64,000 nucleotides of DNA, from NCBI GenBank assembly GCA_044223005.1, contig JBGAML010000002.1:96001-160000 (forward strand), written 5' to 3'. The notes beneath the pieces are model-generated. The model was given only the letters and a program-made list of their open reading frames with translations, was not told the origin of the DNA and made no database searches. The DNA comes from Candidatus Eiseniibacteriota bacterium (GTDB taxonomy: Bacteria; Eisenbacteria; RBG-16-71-46). The stretch's first letter is position 1. Every line of letters starts with the position of its first letter. This document shows positions 12,401 to 22,389 of this stretch, in pieces. A program made the translations under genes and the position numbers.

Positions 12401-13086
12401 ACCATCGCGTAGGTGCCCGTCGCCGGCGGCGTCCAGACGGCCAGCGTGTCGGCCGAGGAGAGCGTCGCGATGGCCGCGCCGCGGCCCGCGAAGTAGCTGC
12501 CCGTTCCCGGATTGCGGAAGACGAGCAGCTTCGGCGAGTAGGAGGCGTCGAGCTTCGACGAGTGGAAGTCGATCGAGACGGGAACGCCGCCGGTGAGGTC
12601 GATCGTCCACATCACGGCGAGATCGGACGCGGTGAAGTTCGTCGAGCCGAACATGCCGTTGAGCGTGAGGGTGCCGTTCGAGTTCTTCCACTGCGCCAGG
12701 GCACCGGCCCCGCCGCCGTAGAAGCGCGAGGCCTGCGGGTAGTAGTCCCCGGCGGCGTTGTGCGTCCAGTCGCCGACGATCACGTCGACCTGGCCCGTGC
12801 CCGCCGTCGAAGTGGCGAGCGGGTTGGCGACGCAAGCCGGGTCCGCGGCCGTGTTCTGGTAGAGCCGCAGGTCCCAGTCCTCGCCGGGCATCACGGCGTT
12901 GCACGCGAAGAGCGACCAGTTGCCGCTCCCCATCGTGGCGACGGCGTTCTGCGGGGTGGTGATGAAGAGGTAGGTGGTGCCGTTGGTCATCGGGTAGTAC
13001 GAACAGGCCGCGCGAGCGAGCGGCGCGACGACGGCGATCGTGGCGAGAACGACCGCGAGGGCGAGGCGCAGCGTCCGGAGGTTCAT
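9466..13086 (-). CDS. Large secreted protein with five ~215-aa repeats and a C-terminal FlgD-like Ig/sorting domain
   Basis: Signal peptide (ARA|AC), internal repeats, C-terminus SPNP...DLAGR...WDGR...PGVYLVR. AAGGAGG RBS. Confidence 0.85.
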   Translation of the reverse strand: MNLRTLRLALAVVLATIAVVAPLARAACSYYPMTNGTTYLFITTPQNAVATMGSGNWSLFACNAVMPGEDWDLRLYQNTAADPACVANPLATSTAGTGQVDVIVGDWTHNAAGDYYPQASRFYGGGAGALAQWKNSNGTLTLNGMFGSTNFTASDLAVMWTIDLTGGVPVSIDFHSSKLDASYSPKLLVFRNPGTGSYFAGRGAAIATLSSADTLAVWTPPATGTYAMVFVNDGGGHGQVSLAVGNCDAITLTPGVMVPVTHWYSHLKFNATTANWGTLGVKSDQWIGLDYYTALPASPFPGCFGTYLGQSSTSPPNIAGVMGNFRLAATGTYGVDVSAREGSNSRAVWRAPDGTLAVNGAPASMSLTADDFIRTYEVTLVAGVPYAIAFDQSGTDLRMEWFSPDPAHPMQGIYGTPIPLTECHTLTPSISGTWAVIVTNGTESSATATLGIAQAPCDCPSTIAYDLPVTMTATDSYWRVDPRGGSWNVIATRGTTASDDWDLGVYSQSTGAAAPTCFGSLLTSSAAGVGTVDMAVIDAAHTPVSRYFIDARRYAGTSGVVEWDYRTGTLYENMPFQEASFTANDLIDTYIATMTAGTTYQIDTWVTPGSGAKFLVFENTAGGAYAVGRSQAKLMITTNGSATYTATATGTHTIVFVNDAGTSGVYRVHFGSCTTPTALTTDTPQTASHTGQPFTFAPVANGWAAIGALATYDTHGISVWNATGTSWPGCGTGLLGSSAVPSMPFVNFVVGDFWHNAARTYWASVDQTSGTVNESTPVEWSSGTTQVVANDNAVVTATLGGNQVLKAYSTYLLAGRTFRMQLSHTGSGNLHALLFRNVGGGTYWAPRDSACLDVAAGGYGSYTSTQSGWYGIVVVDDDAATDTYTLGLWTCWDASPLSSGVAGSVTPADYVSFTQSWYYWTAIGVRSTSDWDIVVNSSPTGADPPACQSGILATSTGVGVADFVVGDFNSGANPLGTYYAHLYRFAGTGYGSVEWDSDHDLLVTSGGSIRRTFSGNQVLDCSDVRLVAGQAYNISFTRSPGLDAKVLLFRNAAGGAYWAGRGAAVYAASGNGTYTAPSTGYYGLVVVNDNGAEGQYDLGVSAAGVESPPRALPSVTSLHGVSPNPARGSTRVDFALNAPARVRIEALDLAGRVIARIEESDHAAGEWSATWDGRTIAGQRAAPGVYLVRMLIDDRVIGQRKLALVD

Positions 13087-13781
13087 CGTGCGCCCTCCTT
13101 GCGCTCGCTGCCCTGCGGGGGCAGGGCCGGGTCACGCGCTTCCGACGTCACGACCTCGCGCGCCTTGGGCGCGAACGGCCGGCGCGTGCCGGTGAGCGGC
13201 GTCGCGGCCGACGGTGGAGCCGGAACGGCGATCGCGGTGCCGGCCGCGGGCGGCACGGTCGTACCGAACGCGCGCAGCGGTGGCGGGAAGGAGGCACTCC
13301 AGTCGGGCCGCGGAATCGCTCGCAGCGCGGCGGAGACCTGCGCGGCGTCCCAGCGCGCCGTCGCGCGCTCCGGCGCGAACTCGGGCGCAAGAGCCGGGGC
13401 GTTCGCCGACGAGGCCGGGCCGATCGTGTTCCATTCGTTGCCCTTCTCGCCCGGCGTGAAGACGAGCGCGCCGGCGGGCGGACTCCACGGAGCGGGCGCG
13501 GCCGGGACCGGTGTCGCCGGCGCCGCGGGCTGCTGCACGCGCGCCGGAGCGGCCGTGGCCGCGGGTGGCGCGGCCTGCACGAGCGTCGCGGTTCCAGGAG
13601 GAGCGAGCGGCAGCGTGCCGGGGGCATGGTGTTCCGGGCCGGGTGCCGGCACGGCGCCCACGGTGGCGAAGTCCTGCGGCTTCGTTTCGCCGGCGCCGGC
13701 GGGTGGCGCCAGCGCCAGTGCGAGCGCAGCGATCGTGGTCGCAGTGGCGAGCATCCCGAGGAGAGTTCGGGATCGATGCAT
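13083..13781 (-). CDS. Pro/Ala-rich secreted protein
   Basis: GAGGA RBS, signal peptide MHRSRTLLG...AGA, low-complexity P/A body. Its stop overlaps the ATG of the repeat protein. Confidence 0.6.
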   Translation of the reverse strand: MHRSRTLLGMLATATTIAALALALAPPAGAGETKPQDFATVGAVPAPGPEHHAPGTLPLAPPGTATLVQAAPPAATAAPARVQQPAAPATPVPAAPAPWSPPAGALVFTPGEKGNEWNTIGPASSANAPALAPEFAPERATARWDAAQVSAALRAIPRPDWSASFPPPLRAFGTTVPPAAGTAIAVPAPPSAATPLTGTRRPFAPKAREVVTSEARDPALPPQGSERKEGAR

Positions 13782-14002
13782 GGTATTCCTCCGCTCGATG
13801 AGGCGGGTGACGGCGGGATCGGTGGGGACTCGGTGCGGAACGCCGGGCCGCGCCGCCGTTCGCCACGACGTGTGACCCCGCGATCCGGCGTTCGTCACGG
13901 CTCCGGGCCACGAATCGCCGGGCCGCCGGCGGAATCCCAAGAGCCGACCGCGTCCACGATGCGCGCGGGCCGACCCCCGAACCGTTCTCCGAGGAGCGAG
14001 CG

Positions 14003-14785
14003 ATGAGGAAGTGGGTGCTGCTGCTGGCGTTCCTGACCCTTTCGAGCGAGGCCATGGCCAAGGTCACGACGCAGGTCGTCGAGTACAAGCAGGGCGACAC
14101 CGTCCTGCAGGGCTACTTGTCGTACGACGACGCGGTGCAGGGCCGCCGGCCCGCCGTGCTGATCGTGCACGACTGGCTCGGCTGTTCCGACTACCAGAAG
14201 ATGCGCGCCGAGCAGTTGGCGGCGTTGGGCTACGTGGCGCTCGCTGCGGACGTCTACGGCAAGGGCGTGCGGCCGGCGAACGCGCAGGAGGCGGGCGCCG
14301 AGGCCGGCAAGTACTACAAGGACCGCGGCCTGTTCCGCGCCCGCGTGCGCGCGGGACTCGACTACCTCGCCTCGCGGCCGCAGGCCGACCCCGCCAAGCT
14401 CGCCGCGATCGGCTACTGCTTCGGCGGCGCCGGCGCGCTGGAACTCGCGCGCAGCGGCGCGCCGGTGCTGGGCGTGGTCACGTTCCACGGTTCGCTCGCG
14501 ACGCCGACGCCCGAGGACGCGAAGAACATCGAGGGCAAGGTGCTCGTGCTGCACGGCGCCGACGACCCGTACGTGAAGCAGGACGAGTTGAAGGGCTTCA
14601 TGGACGAGATGCGCGCGGCGAACGTGGACTGGCAGCTCGTCCAGTACAGCGGCGCCGTGCACAGCTTCACCGACAAGCGCGCGGGCACCGACAACAGCAA
14701 GGGCGCCGCCTACAACGCCAACGCCGACCGGCGCTCGTGGCGCGCGATGCGGGACTTCCTGGAGGAGGTCTTCGCGGCGAAGTGA
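14003..14785 (+). CDS. Dienelactone hydrolase family protein, exported
   Basis: GYCFGG nucleophile motif, HGADD, HSF, signal peptide, GAGGAG RBS. Confidence 0.92.
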   Translation: MRKWVLLLAFLTLSSEAMAKVTTQVVEYKQGDTVLQGYLSYDDAVQGRRPAVLIVHDWLGCSDYQKMRAEQLAALGYVALAADVYGKGVRPANAQEAGAEAGKYYKDRGLFRARVRAGLDYLASRPQADPAKLAAIGYCFGGAGALELARSGAPVLGVVTFHGSLATPTPEDAKNIEGKVLVLHGADDPYVKQDELKGFMDEMRAANVDWQLVQYSGAVHSFTDKRAGTDNSKGAAYNANADRRSWRAMRDFLEEVFAAK

Positions 14786-14804
14786 GGCTCCGGCGGTGGG
14801 ATCG

Positions 14805-14834
14805 ACGGGCCCGGCGCACGCGCGCCGGGCCCGT
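14805..14834 (+). terminator. Hairpin terminator after the dienelactone hydrolase gene
   Basis: acgggcccggcgc-acgc-gcgccgggcccgt, a perfect 13-bp stem. Confidence 0.65.
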
Positions 14835-14892
14835 TCGTCGTTCCGGGTGGTGCGGCAAACGTGTGGCCCCGGACAAATCTCGCGACCCGGTT

Positions 14893-14918
14893 TGAACCAT
14901 CCGGGGGCATGGGGCGTT
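14893..14918 (+). promoter_or_regulatory. Putative ECF sigma promoter (TGAACC-N16-CGTT)
   Basis: ECF-like -35/-10 spacing directly upstream of an operon that encodes an ECF sigma factor. Confidence 0.5.
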
Positions 14919-14982
14919 CTGATCGGTGGATGGGACGCCGCGCGCGGGTCCGCGCGGCCCCGAACCCGACGGGAGGCCGCCG

Positions 14983-16233
14983 ATGCCGCGATTCGGAAGC
15001 TGGATGCTGGCGATCACACTCGCCGTGCTCGCGTGGGCCGGGACGACCCCGGCCGTTGCAGGCCCGCCGGAGCGCGTCGAACCGATGCGCAAGAAGATGT
15101 TCTCGCGCCCGGAGTACGTGAAGCTGCGCGACGAGTGGAAGGCATGGGCGGAGGCGCACCCGACCGACGCGCACGCCTGGGCGCAGCTCGCCAAGGCGGG
15201 TTCGTATGCCGGAGACCTTCCCGCGGTGACCGGTCCTTGGGCCGAGAAGGCGTACCAGCTCGACCCCGACGACCCGGACGCCTGCACGGAACTGGCGCGG
15301 CACCGCTGGAGCGTCTGGACGGGCCAGGGGACGGACTCGCCGGACGAGGCGATCCGGCTGCTGGAACATGCGCTCGTGGAGAATCCCGACTGCGACGACG
15401 CGCACGTGCGGCTCTGGGTCCTGCGCCTCGCCCGCGGCGATCGCGGCGGTGCCGAGCGCGAGCTCGCGACGCTGCTGGATCGCGGCCGGATTCCCGAGCC
15501 GCTCTGCGATTTCGCCTACAACGAGCTCGTCGGGCTCGCGCCGCACGCGATCCTGTTCACGAACGGCGACAACGACACGTATCCCGCGATCGCGTTGCAG
15601 GTGGCGCGGGGCTTCCGCACCGACGTGACCGTCGTGAACCTGAGCATGCTCACCCTGGAGTGGTACCGCCGAGCCCTGCGCCAGGGGCCGGATCCGGTGC
15701 CGGTGCCACTGCTCGAGGGCCGGGAGCGCGACTTCGAGACGTCGACGCAGGCGATGCAGGAGGTCGTGCGCGCCGCACTGGCCGGCACGCTCGTCCGGCC
15801 CGTCTACGTCGCAGTCACGGTGCCGATGGACGCGAAGGCGGTCGGGGCGAGGCTGTCGGTCGAAGGGCTCGTTTACCGCACGAAGCGCGGCGCGCTCGAG
15901 ACGGTCGCGGATACGGCCCGGCTGCAGCGCAACTTCGGCGAGACCTACCGGCTCCAGAGCGCGACGAGCCCGGCACTCGACTGGAATGCCTGGTCGGCGC
16001 TGCGTCCGCTGGTGACGAACTACGGCGCGGGCGAGTGGATGCTGGCGAAGGCCCGCGTCCGCGCCGGAAACCGCGTGGGCGCGAGCCGGTCCATGAACGA
16101 CCTGCTCGGGCTCGCCACGTTCCACCACTCCGAATCCACGCACGAGTTCCTGGATTTCTGGCGCGGATTCGATCCGCACGCCCCGGAACTCGCGCGCTGG
16201 ACGAAGCTCGCGGGCTCGACGGGCGGCCGGTGA
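14983..16233 (+). CDS. Exported TPR-like protein with a DUF2723/TMEM260-like C-terminal domain
   Basis: Signal peptide, helical TPR-like repeats (AYQLDPDD, ALVENPD), then ILFTNGDNDTYP...RTDVTVVNLSML..WY. Confidence 0.7.
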   Translation: MPRFGSWMLAITLAVLAWAGTTPAVAGPPERVEPMRKKMFSRPEYVKLRDEWKAWAEAHPTDAHAWAQLAKAGSYAGDLPAVTGPWAEKAYQLDPDDPDACTELARHRWSVWTGQGTDSPDEAIRLLEHALVENPDCDDAHVRLWVLRLARGDRGGAERELATLLDRGRIPEPLCDFAYNELVGLAPHAILFTNGDNDTYPAIALQVARGFRTDVTVVNLSMLTLEWYRRALRQGPDPVPVPLLEGRERDFETSTQAMQEVVRAALAGTLVRPVYVAVTVPMDAKAVGARLSVEGLVYRTKRGALETVADTARLQRNFGETYRLQSATSPALDWNAWSALRPLVTNYGAGEWMLAKARVRAGNRVGASRSMNDLLGLATFHHSESTHEFLDFWRGFDPHAPELARWTKLAGSTGGR

Positions 16234-16805
16234 CGCCCGAGAGCGACGACGACATCGCCCGGCGCATCCGGCGCCGGGACCCGCACGCGTTCGACGCCTT
16301 CTTCGAACGCTTCGGCGGGCCGTTGCTCCATTACCTCGCCGGCATGACGCGCGATCGCATGCTGGCCGAGGATCTCGTGCAGGAGACGGTGCTGCGCGTC
16401 CACCGGCACATCGGCCGCTACGAGGAGCGCGGGACGTTCCGCGCGTGGGTCTACCGGATCGCGACGAACCTCGCGCTCACCGAGCTGCGCCGGCGTTCGC
16501 GCGCCCCGGCGCCGCTGGACGCGGCGGCGCTCGAGCACGCGGACCCGCACGCGCCCGACATCGAAGGGGCGCTCGCGGCCGAGCAGGGCGCGCGAGTGCT
16601 CGGCGACGGACTCGCCGCGCTGCCGGATGCACACCGCGCGGTGTTGCTGCTGCGGGTGCGCGAGGAAATGGACCTGGCCGCGATCGCCGGCGCCCTCGGG
16701 ATCCCCGTGGGCACCGTGAAGTCCCGCATCCACCACGCCGTACGGCGGCTGCGGGAGTACGCCGAACGACGGGACGAAGCCCCCGAACGAGGAGAACACC
16801 CATGA
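16230..16805 (+). CDS. ECF RNA polymerase sigma-70 factor
   Basis: AEDLVQET, FRAWVYRIATN and GIPVGTVKSRIHHA. The GTG start overlaps the upstream TGA. Confidence 0.92.
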   Translation: MTPESDDDIARRIRRRDPHAFDAFFERFGGPLLHYLAGMTRDRMLAEDLVQETVLRVHRHIGRYEERGTFRAWVYRIATNLALTELRRRSRAPAPLDAAALEHADPHAPDIEGALAAEQGARVLGDGLAALPDAHRAVLLLRVREEMDLAAIAGALGIPVGTVKSRIHHAVRRLREYAERRDEAPERGEHP

Positions 16806-17305
16806 TGTCCTGTGACCAGGCGCACGAAGCCCTCGAAGCTCTCGTCTTCGCCGAGCTCGACGACGACCGGCACGCCCAGCTCAACGAGCACATCGGTTCC
16901 TGCGAAGCGTGCCGTCACGTCGAGCGCGAGCTGCTCGAACTTCGCGCGGGCGTGCGAGGTGTGGCGGCCGCACCGCGGCCGGAGCTCGCGGCGCGCATTC
17001 GCGCGGCGCTCGCGCGCGAAGCGCCGGTGCGCGCGCCGTTCTGGAGGCGGCCCGTACCCGCCTGGACCGCGGTCGCGGCGGTCGTCGGCTGTTCCGCGAT
17101 CGCGGCCGTGGCGCCGCCCCTGCCGCCGGCGCTGCATCGCGCGCCGTCCGCGACGTTCGCCGACACGTCCGGGGGCGTGCCGATGGCGGCCGGCGACGTG
17201 ACGTTCAGTCTCGCGGAGCCGTTCGACACGCGCGTGCGCGCGGTCGCCGAGTCGGCCGCGCGGGGCGATACCGCCCGGGACCGGATGCGCCGCGACACGC
17301 TCTGA
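16802..17305 (+). CDS. Zinc-finger (zf-HC2) transmembrane anti-sigma factor
   Basis: C...HIGSCEAC (HxxxCxxC) followed by a TM segment. ATGA overlap with the sigma gene. Confidence 0.85.
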   Translation: MMSCDQAHEALEALVFAELDDDRHAQLNEHIGSCEACRHVERELLELRAGVRGVAAAPRPELAARIRAALAREAPVRAPFWRRPVPAWTAVAAVVGCSAIAAVAPPLPPALHRAPSATFADTSGGVPMAAGDVTFSLAEPFDTRVRAVAESAARGDTARDRMRRDTL

Positions 17306-17329
17306 GACGTCCGCCGTTCCGGGCGGGCT

Positions 17330-18013
17330 TCAGCGCGGGTCGCGGCTCCGCGGTGCGTGCGGGACGAACGCGTGCAGCACGACGTACCCGATCACCAGGC
17401 CCACGCCGTAGACGAGCGTGACGCCGAGCGAGCGCGGATCGTCACCCGAGTCGAGCGAGCTGCGGGCGACGCCGTGCACGAGCGCGCGCGGCGAGAGCAG
17501 CGCGTCCCAGCTGTTCCAGCGCAGGAAGCGGCCCATCCAGATGCCGAATCCCGCGAGCAGCAGCGAGCCCGCGGCGACGAGCCAGCCGGCGACGCGCCCC
17601 GCGTGCCGCGAGACCACGCCCTGCACGTCCGCCACCGACGCGTAGCCCAGCACGACGCCGCCGATCGCGTACGAGAAGACCATCGCGATGTCGAACCAGA
17701 AGGGCACGGGAGGGCCGGGGCGCAGGTGGACGAAATCGGTGACGATGTACGGGGCGTTCGGCAGGAACAGCAGCCACAGCGCGAACCACGCGGCCCGCAC
17801 GAACAGCGGCGCCCGCTCGCGATCCGCGCGCACGAGCAGCAGCGCGGCGACGGCGGGAATGGCGGCCAGCACCAGGTTGCGCGCGAGGAAGCCGTAGCCG
17901 GGCACCCCCGCGCGGTACCAGCGCGCGAGGAACAACGCCGCGCACCAGCCGGGGATGAGCACGAAGATCAGCAGCCGGCGATGGTCGACGAACGGCGCGA
18001 GCGGGTTCTTCAC
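17330..18013 (-). CDS. DUF1361 family membrane protein
   Basis: NLVLAAIP, WLLFLPNAPYIVTDFVHL and GRFLRWNSWD. Confidence 0.85.
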   Translation of the reverse strand: MKNPLAPFVDHRRLLIFVLIPGWCAALFLARWYRAGVPGYGFLARNLVLAAIPAVAALLLVRADRERAPLFVRAAWFALWLLFLPNAPYIVTDFVHLRPGPPVPFWFDIAMVFSYAIGGVVLGYASVADVQGVVSRHAGRVAGWLVAAGSLLLAGFGIWMGRFLRWNSWDALLSPRALVHGVARSSLDSGDDPRSLGVTLVYGVGLVIGYVVLHAFVPHAPRSRDPR

Positions 18014-18040
18014 GAGCGGGGGAGTCCTCGAGCGGGTGAT

Positions 18041-19387
18041 TCAGGCGGCGGCCGGGCGAGCCGGGGCGCGCCGCGTCACCGCGATGTAGACGAGCATGGC
18101 CACCAGCGAGATCGCGCCGACGCCCGCGAACGCGTACCAGAGGTAGTGGGCATGCGCGTACTCGACCGGCATCGGTCCCTGCCCGGCGAGCGCGAGCGCG
18201 TGCGCGGCCTGCGAGGCGGCCGGGAGCGACCGGGGATCGGGGCACCACGCCTTGAGCAGGTAGCCCGCGAACACGAAGCCGAAGAGCCAGGCGAAGAACG
18301 TGTTCATGTGCGCGTACCCGAGGTAGAGCCCTTCGCGCCCGGCGGGCGCCTGCTTCGAGGCGAACTCGAGGTACTTGGGCGACAGGAAGCACTCGGCGAG
18401 TCCCTGGATCGCGATCCCGAGCACCATCATGGCGGTGATCGGGTGCACCGAGAGCCCGAACACGTTCACGTTGCCGTGCAGCTGGTGCGACGCCGCCATG
18501 GCGAGCGACGAGAGCGGGATCAGGGCCATCGCGATCGCGATCGAGAGCTCCGGCGCCCACTTGCGCACGAGCTGCGTGATCCCGACGACGCCGAGCACGA
18601 CGACGAGCGGGTTCACGTTGGCATACCACTCGGGCTTGTAGGTCTCGCCGGCCATGCGCAGCACGTAGTCCGGCATCGAGGCGTAGAGCTGGCCCTGGAT
18701 CGCCCAGAAGCCGGCGGTGATCAGGATCAGGGCGGTGAAGCGCGCATTGCTCATCACCGTGAGCATGCCCTTCAGCGTCTCGCCGACGCTGCGCGGGCGC
18801 GCCTCGGACGACTCGGTGGGGCGGAAGAGCAGCGCCACGATCACGAGCGCGACGAGGGACGCGGCCGCCGAGAAGAAGGGCACGTTCTGCACGCCCATCT
18901 GGATCCGGATCGGCGCGACGATGGTCTTGCCGGTGAACGAGCCGATGTTCACGATCATGTAGAAGAGGCTGAACGCGCGCGCGCGGTTCGCCTCGGACGA
19001 CGAGCGCGCGGCGTTGGCCGTGATCACGGGCTTCACGAACGCGCCCCCGAGCACGACGAGCAGCAGCCCGAACAGCACGGGCGCCAGCGCGTGCACGACG
19101 CCCAGCATCCCGTACCCCGCCGCGAGCAGCGCGAACGCCAGCAGGAGCGAGTTCCGGAAGCCCAGGCGGTCGGCGGCCGCGCCGGTGAAGAAGGGGAAGA
19201 GGTAGATCAGCGCGCCGAAGAGCCCGGCGACGAAGCCCGCACCCACGTCGTCGAGCCCGACGACCCGCAGCAGGTACGTGCGCAGCGCGATGAAGGTGCC
19301 GTAGTAGGCCGCGCGCTCGCAGAGTTCGGCCGCGTTGGCGGTCCAGAACGAGCGCGGAAAGCTCCAGGTGGGGGCGGTCGTGTTCAT
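18041..19387 (-). CDS. MFS transporter, POT/PTR-like
   Basis: ELCERAAYYG (ExxER motif), FYMIVNIGS and about 12 hydrophobic segments. Confidence 0.85.
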   Translation of the reverse strand: MNTTAPTWSFPRSFWTANAAELCERAAYYGTFIALRTYLLRVVGLDDVGAGFVAGLFGALIYLFPFFTGAAADRLGFRNSLLLAFALLAAGYGMLGVVHALAPVLFGLLLVVLGGAFVKPVITANAARSSSEANRARAFSLFYMIVNIGSFTGKTIVAPIRIQMGVQNVPFFSAAASLVALVIVALLFRPTESSEARPRSVGETLKGMLTVMSNARFTALILITAGFWAIQGQLYASMPDYVLRMAGETYKPEWYANVNPLVVVLGVVGITQLVRKWAPELSIAIAMALIPLSSLAMAASHQLHGNVNVFGLSVHPITAMMVLGIAIQGLAECFLSPKYLEFASKQAPAGREGLYLGYAHMNTFFAWLFGFVFAGYLLKAWCPDPRSLPAASQAAHALALAGQGPMPVEYAHAHYLWYAFAGVGAISLVAMLVYIAVTRRAPARPAAA

Positions 19388-19501
19388 GCCGGGCTCCGGG
19401 ACGGTGTGGGGCGGCGAGCCGCAGGAGCGTGACGCATGTGGGCCCGTGCCGCAAACGCGGCCGGGCCTTCCGCGGCCTCGGCCGCGTGCTAGGGTGCGCG
19501 C

Positions 19502-21010
19502 GTGCGCTCGGAATCCGTTCCCCGTCCCGATCGATACGACCGTCTCGCCGACCTCGCGGTGTTCGCGCTCGCGGCCGCGTGGATCGCCCGGCTGGTGCCG
19601 CAGGCGCTCGCCGCGCGGCTGCAGACGGACGAGTGCTTCCACGCGTGGGTCTCGCGCTGGATCGGCGCACACGGCACGATCCCGGACGCGGTGCCGGGAC
19701 TCTACGGTGGCTTCCCGTACTTCTACCCGCCGCTCTTCCATCTCCTCGGCGGCCTCGGCTTCACGTTCGGGGGCGAGACAGGTTTCCGCCTGGTGAACGT
19801 CGTCGTCGTGGCACTGGTGCTGCTGGTGGTCGCGCAGGGCGCCGCGCGGCTCGAGGCGCGGGGAGCGGCGCGCTGGGGTGTCGCGGCCTGCGTCGCGACG
19901 AGTTTCCTCGCCCTGCACGGCGTGCGGCTCTACGTCGAGGCGCTCTCGACGCTGCTCGTGACCGCGGCCGCGATGCGGCTCGCGGCGACCTGGCGCGACG
20001 CTCGCAGTGGTGACGCGGTGCAACTCGGGATCGCCGCCGGGCTCGCGATCGTGGCCAAGCTCTCGGCGCTCGTGCTGCCGCCGCTGCTCGCGGCGCTCGC
20101 CGTGGTCGAGTTCGTGCGCCGGAACGCGCCGCGGGGGCGGGCGCTCGCGATCGCCGCGGCCATCGCCACCGGGGTCGCGATGCCGTGGCTCGCCCGCTGC
20201 GCCGAGCGCTTCGGCAGCCCGCTCTACCCGATGGCGGGCCGCGGCGTGCACCCGCTGCTCATGCAGCTCAACGTGCGTCACTTCACGCCGTCGCCCATGG
20301 CGCTCTGGAGCGAGATGCCGCACCGCTTCGGGATCGCGATCCTGGGGCTGCTGCTTCTCGCGATCGCGGCCGCGTTCGCGCGCCGGAGGTTCCCGGCCGA
20401 ACTCGGCATGGCGCTCGGCGGGCTGGCGCTTGTCGCCGCGGCGCCGCTGCAGGCGATGCTCGCGTCGCGACACCTGCTGCCGCTCGTCGTCGCGATCGGC
20501 GCGCTCGCCGCGGTCGCGGCCGCGCGGCTGCTCGCGGACGCGCCGCGCGCCCGGCGCGCCCTCGACGTGGCGCTGCTCGCGTGCGCGGCGTGGGCGGTGC
20601 TCGCGATGCCACGCCTGCGCGCCGTCGAAGATCTCGACGAGCCGGTGGAGATGGACGCGGCCTTCGCCGCGATCCGCGCGCACGTGCCGGCGGACGAGAC
20701 CGTGCTCGCTCGCGAGACCTACGACGTGCTCTGGTACACGGGCCGGCCCGCGAACTGGCCGGTGCCGTTCGGACAGGCCGATCCGCCGGTCGGGCTCTTC
20801 CTCACGTCGGACCCGGACTCGATCGCGCGCGATCTCGTCCGGCATCGGATCCGCTGGGTGCTGCTCACCGACGACGCGGGGCCGCCGCGGTTCGACGGCG
20901 GCGACTGGCCGCAGCCGGTGCTCGACGGCCTGTCGGCGCTGGTGCGCGCGGGCCGCGCCGCCGAGGTGTGGCGCGAGGAGGACCACGCGCTCCTGCGCGT
21001 CGGGCCGTGA
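19502..21010 (+). CDS. GT-C fold membrane glycosyltransferase (ArnT/PMT_2-like)
   Basis: DE motif in the first loop (TDECFH), YPPLF, many TM helices, AKLS, PLYP and a C-terminal soluble domain. Confidence 0.7.
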   Translation: MRSESVPRPDRYDRLADLAVFALAAAWIARLVPQALAARLQTDECFHAWVSRWIGAHGTIPDAVPGLYGGFPYFYPPLFHLLGGLGFTFGGETGFRLVNVVVVALVLLVVAQGAARLEARGAARWGVAACVATSFLALHGVRLYVEALSTLLVTAAAMRLAATWRDARSGDAVQLGIAAGLAIVAKLSALVLPPLLAALAVVEFVRRNAPRGRALAIAAAIATGVAMPWLARCAERFGSPLYPMAGRGVHPLLMQLNVRHFTPSPMALWSEMPHRFGIAILGLLLLAIAAAFARRRFPAELGMALGGLALVAAAPLQAMLASRHLLPLVVAIGALAAVAAARLLADAPRARRALDVALLACAAWAVLAMPRLRAVEDLDEPVEMDAAFAAIRAHVPADETVLARETYDVLWYTGRPANWPVPFGQADPPVGLFLTSDPDSIARDLVRHRIRWVLLTDDAGPPRFDGGDWPQPVLDGLSALVRAGRAAEVWREEDHALLRVGP

Positions 21011-21026
21011 CGCGCGCGCAAACGGA

Positions 21027-21051
21027 ACGGGCGGCCCGTGGGGCCGCCCGT
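21027..21051. terminator. Hairpin between the convergent glycosyltransferase and icd genes
   Basis: acgggcggccc-gtg-gggccgcccgt. Confidence 0.6.
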
Positions 21052-21074
21052 CGCCGCTCCGCGTTCGCGGAAGG

Positions 21075-22355
<1,281 letters not shown>

Positions 22356-22389
22356 GTCGGAATCTCCTCTGGATCGGTGGTCCGGCCGC

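Noticed and set aside
8894..13875. Very long alternative-frame ORFs (1413 aa on minus, 1520 aa on plus) over the repeat protein, and many similar shadow ORFs across the window
   Set aside because: These are Arg/Ala/Gly-rich translations expected from high GC3 codon bias and scarce stops. They have no motifs and overlap well-supported genes.
13836..13954. GGAAC/GGAAT...CGT(T/C) ECF-like motifs upstream of the dienelactone hydrolase
   Set aside because: Short matches with spacing different from the shared motif; these can arise by chance in GC-rich DNA.
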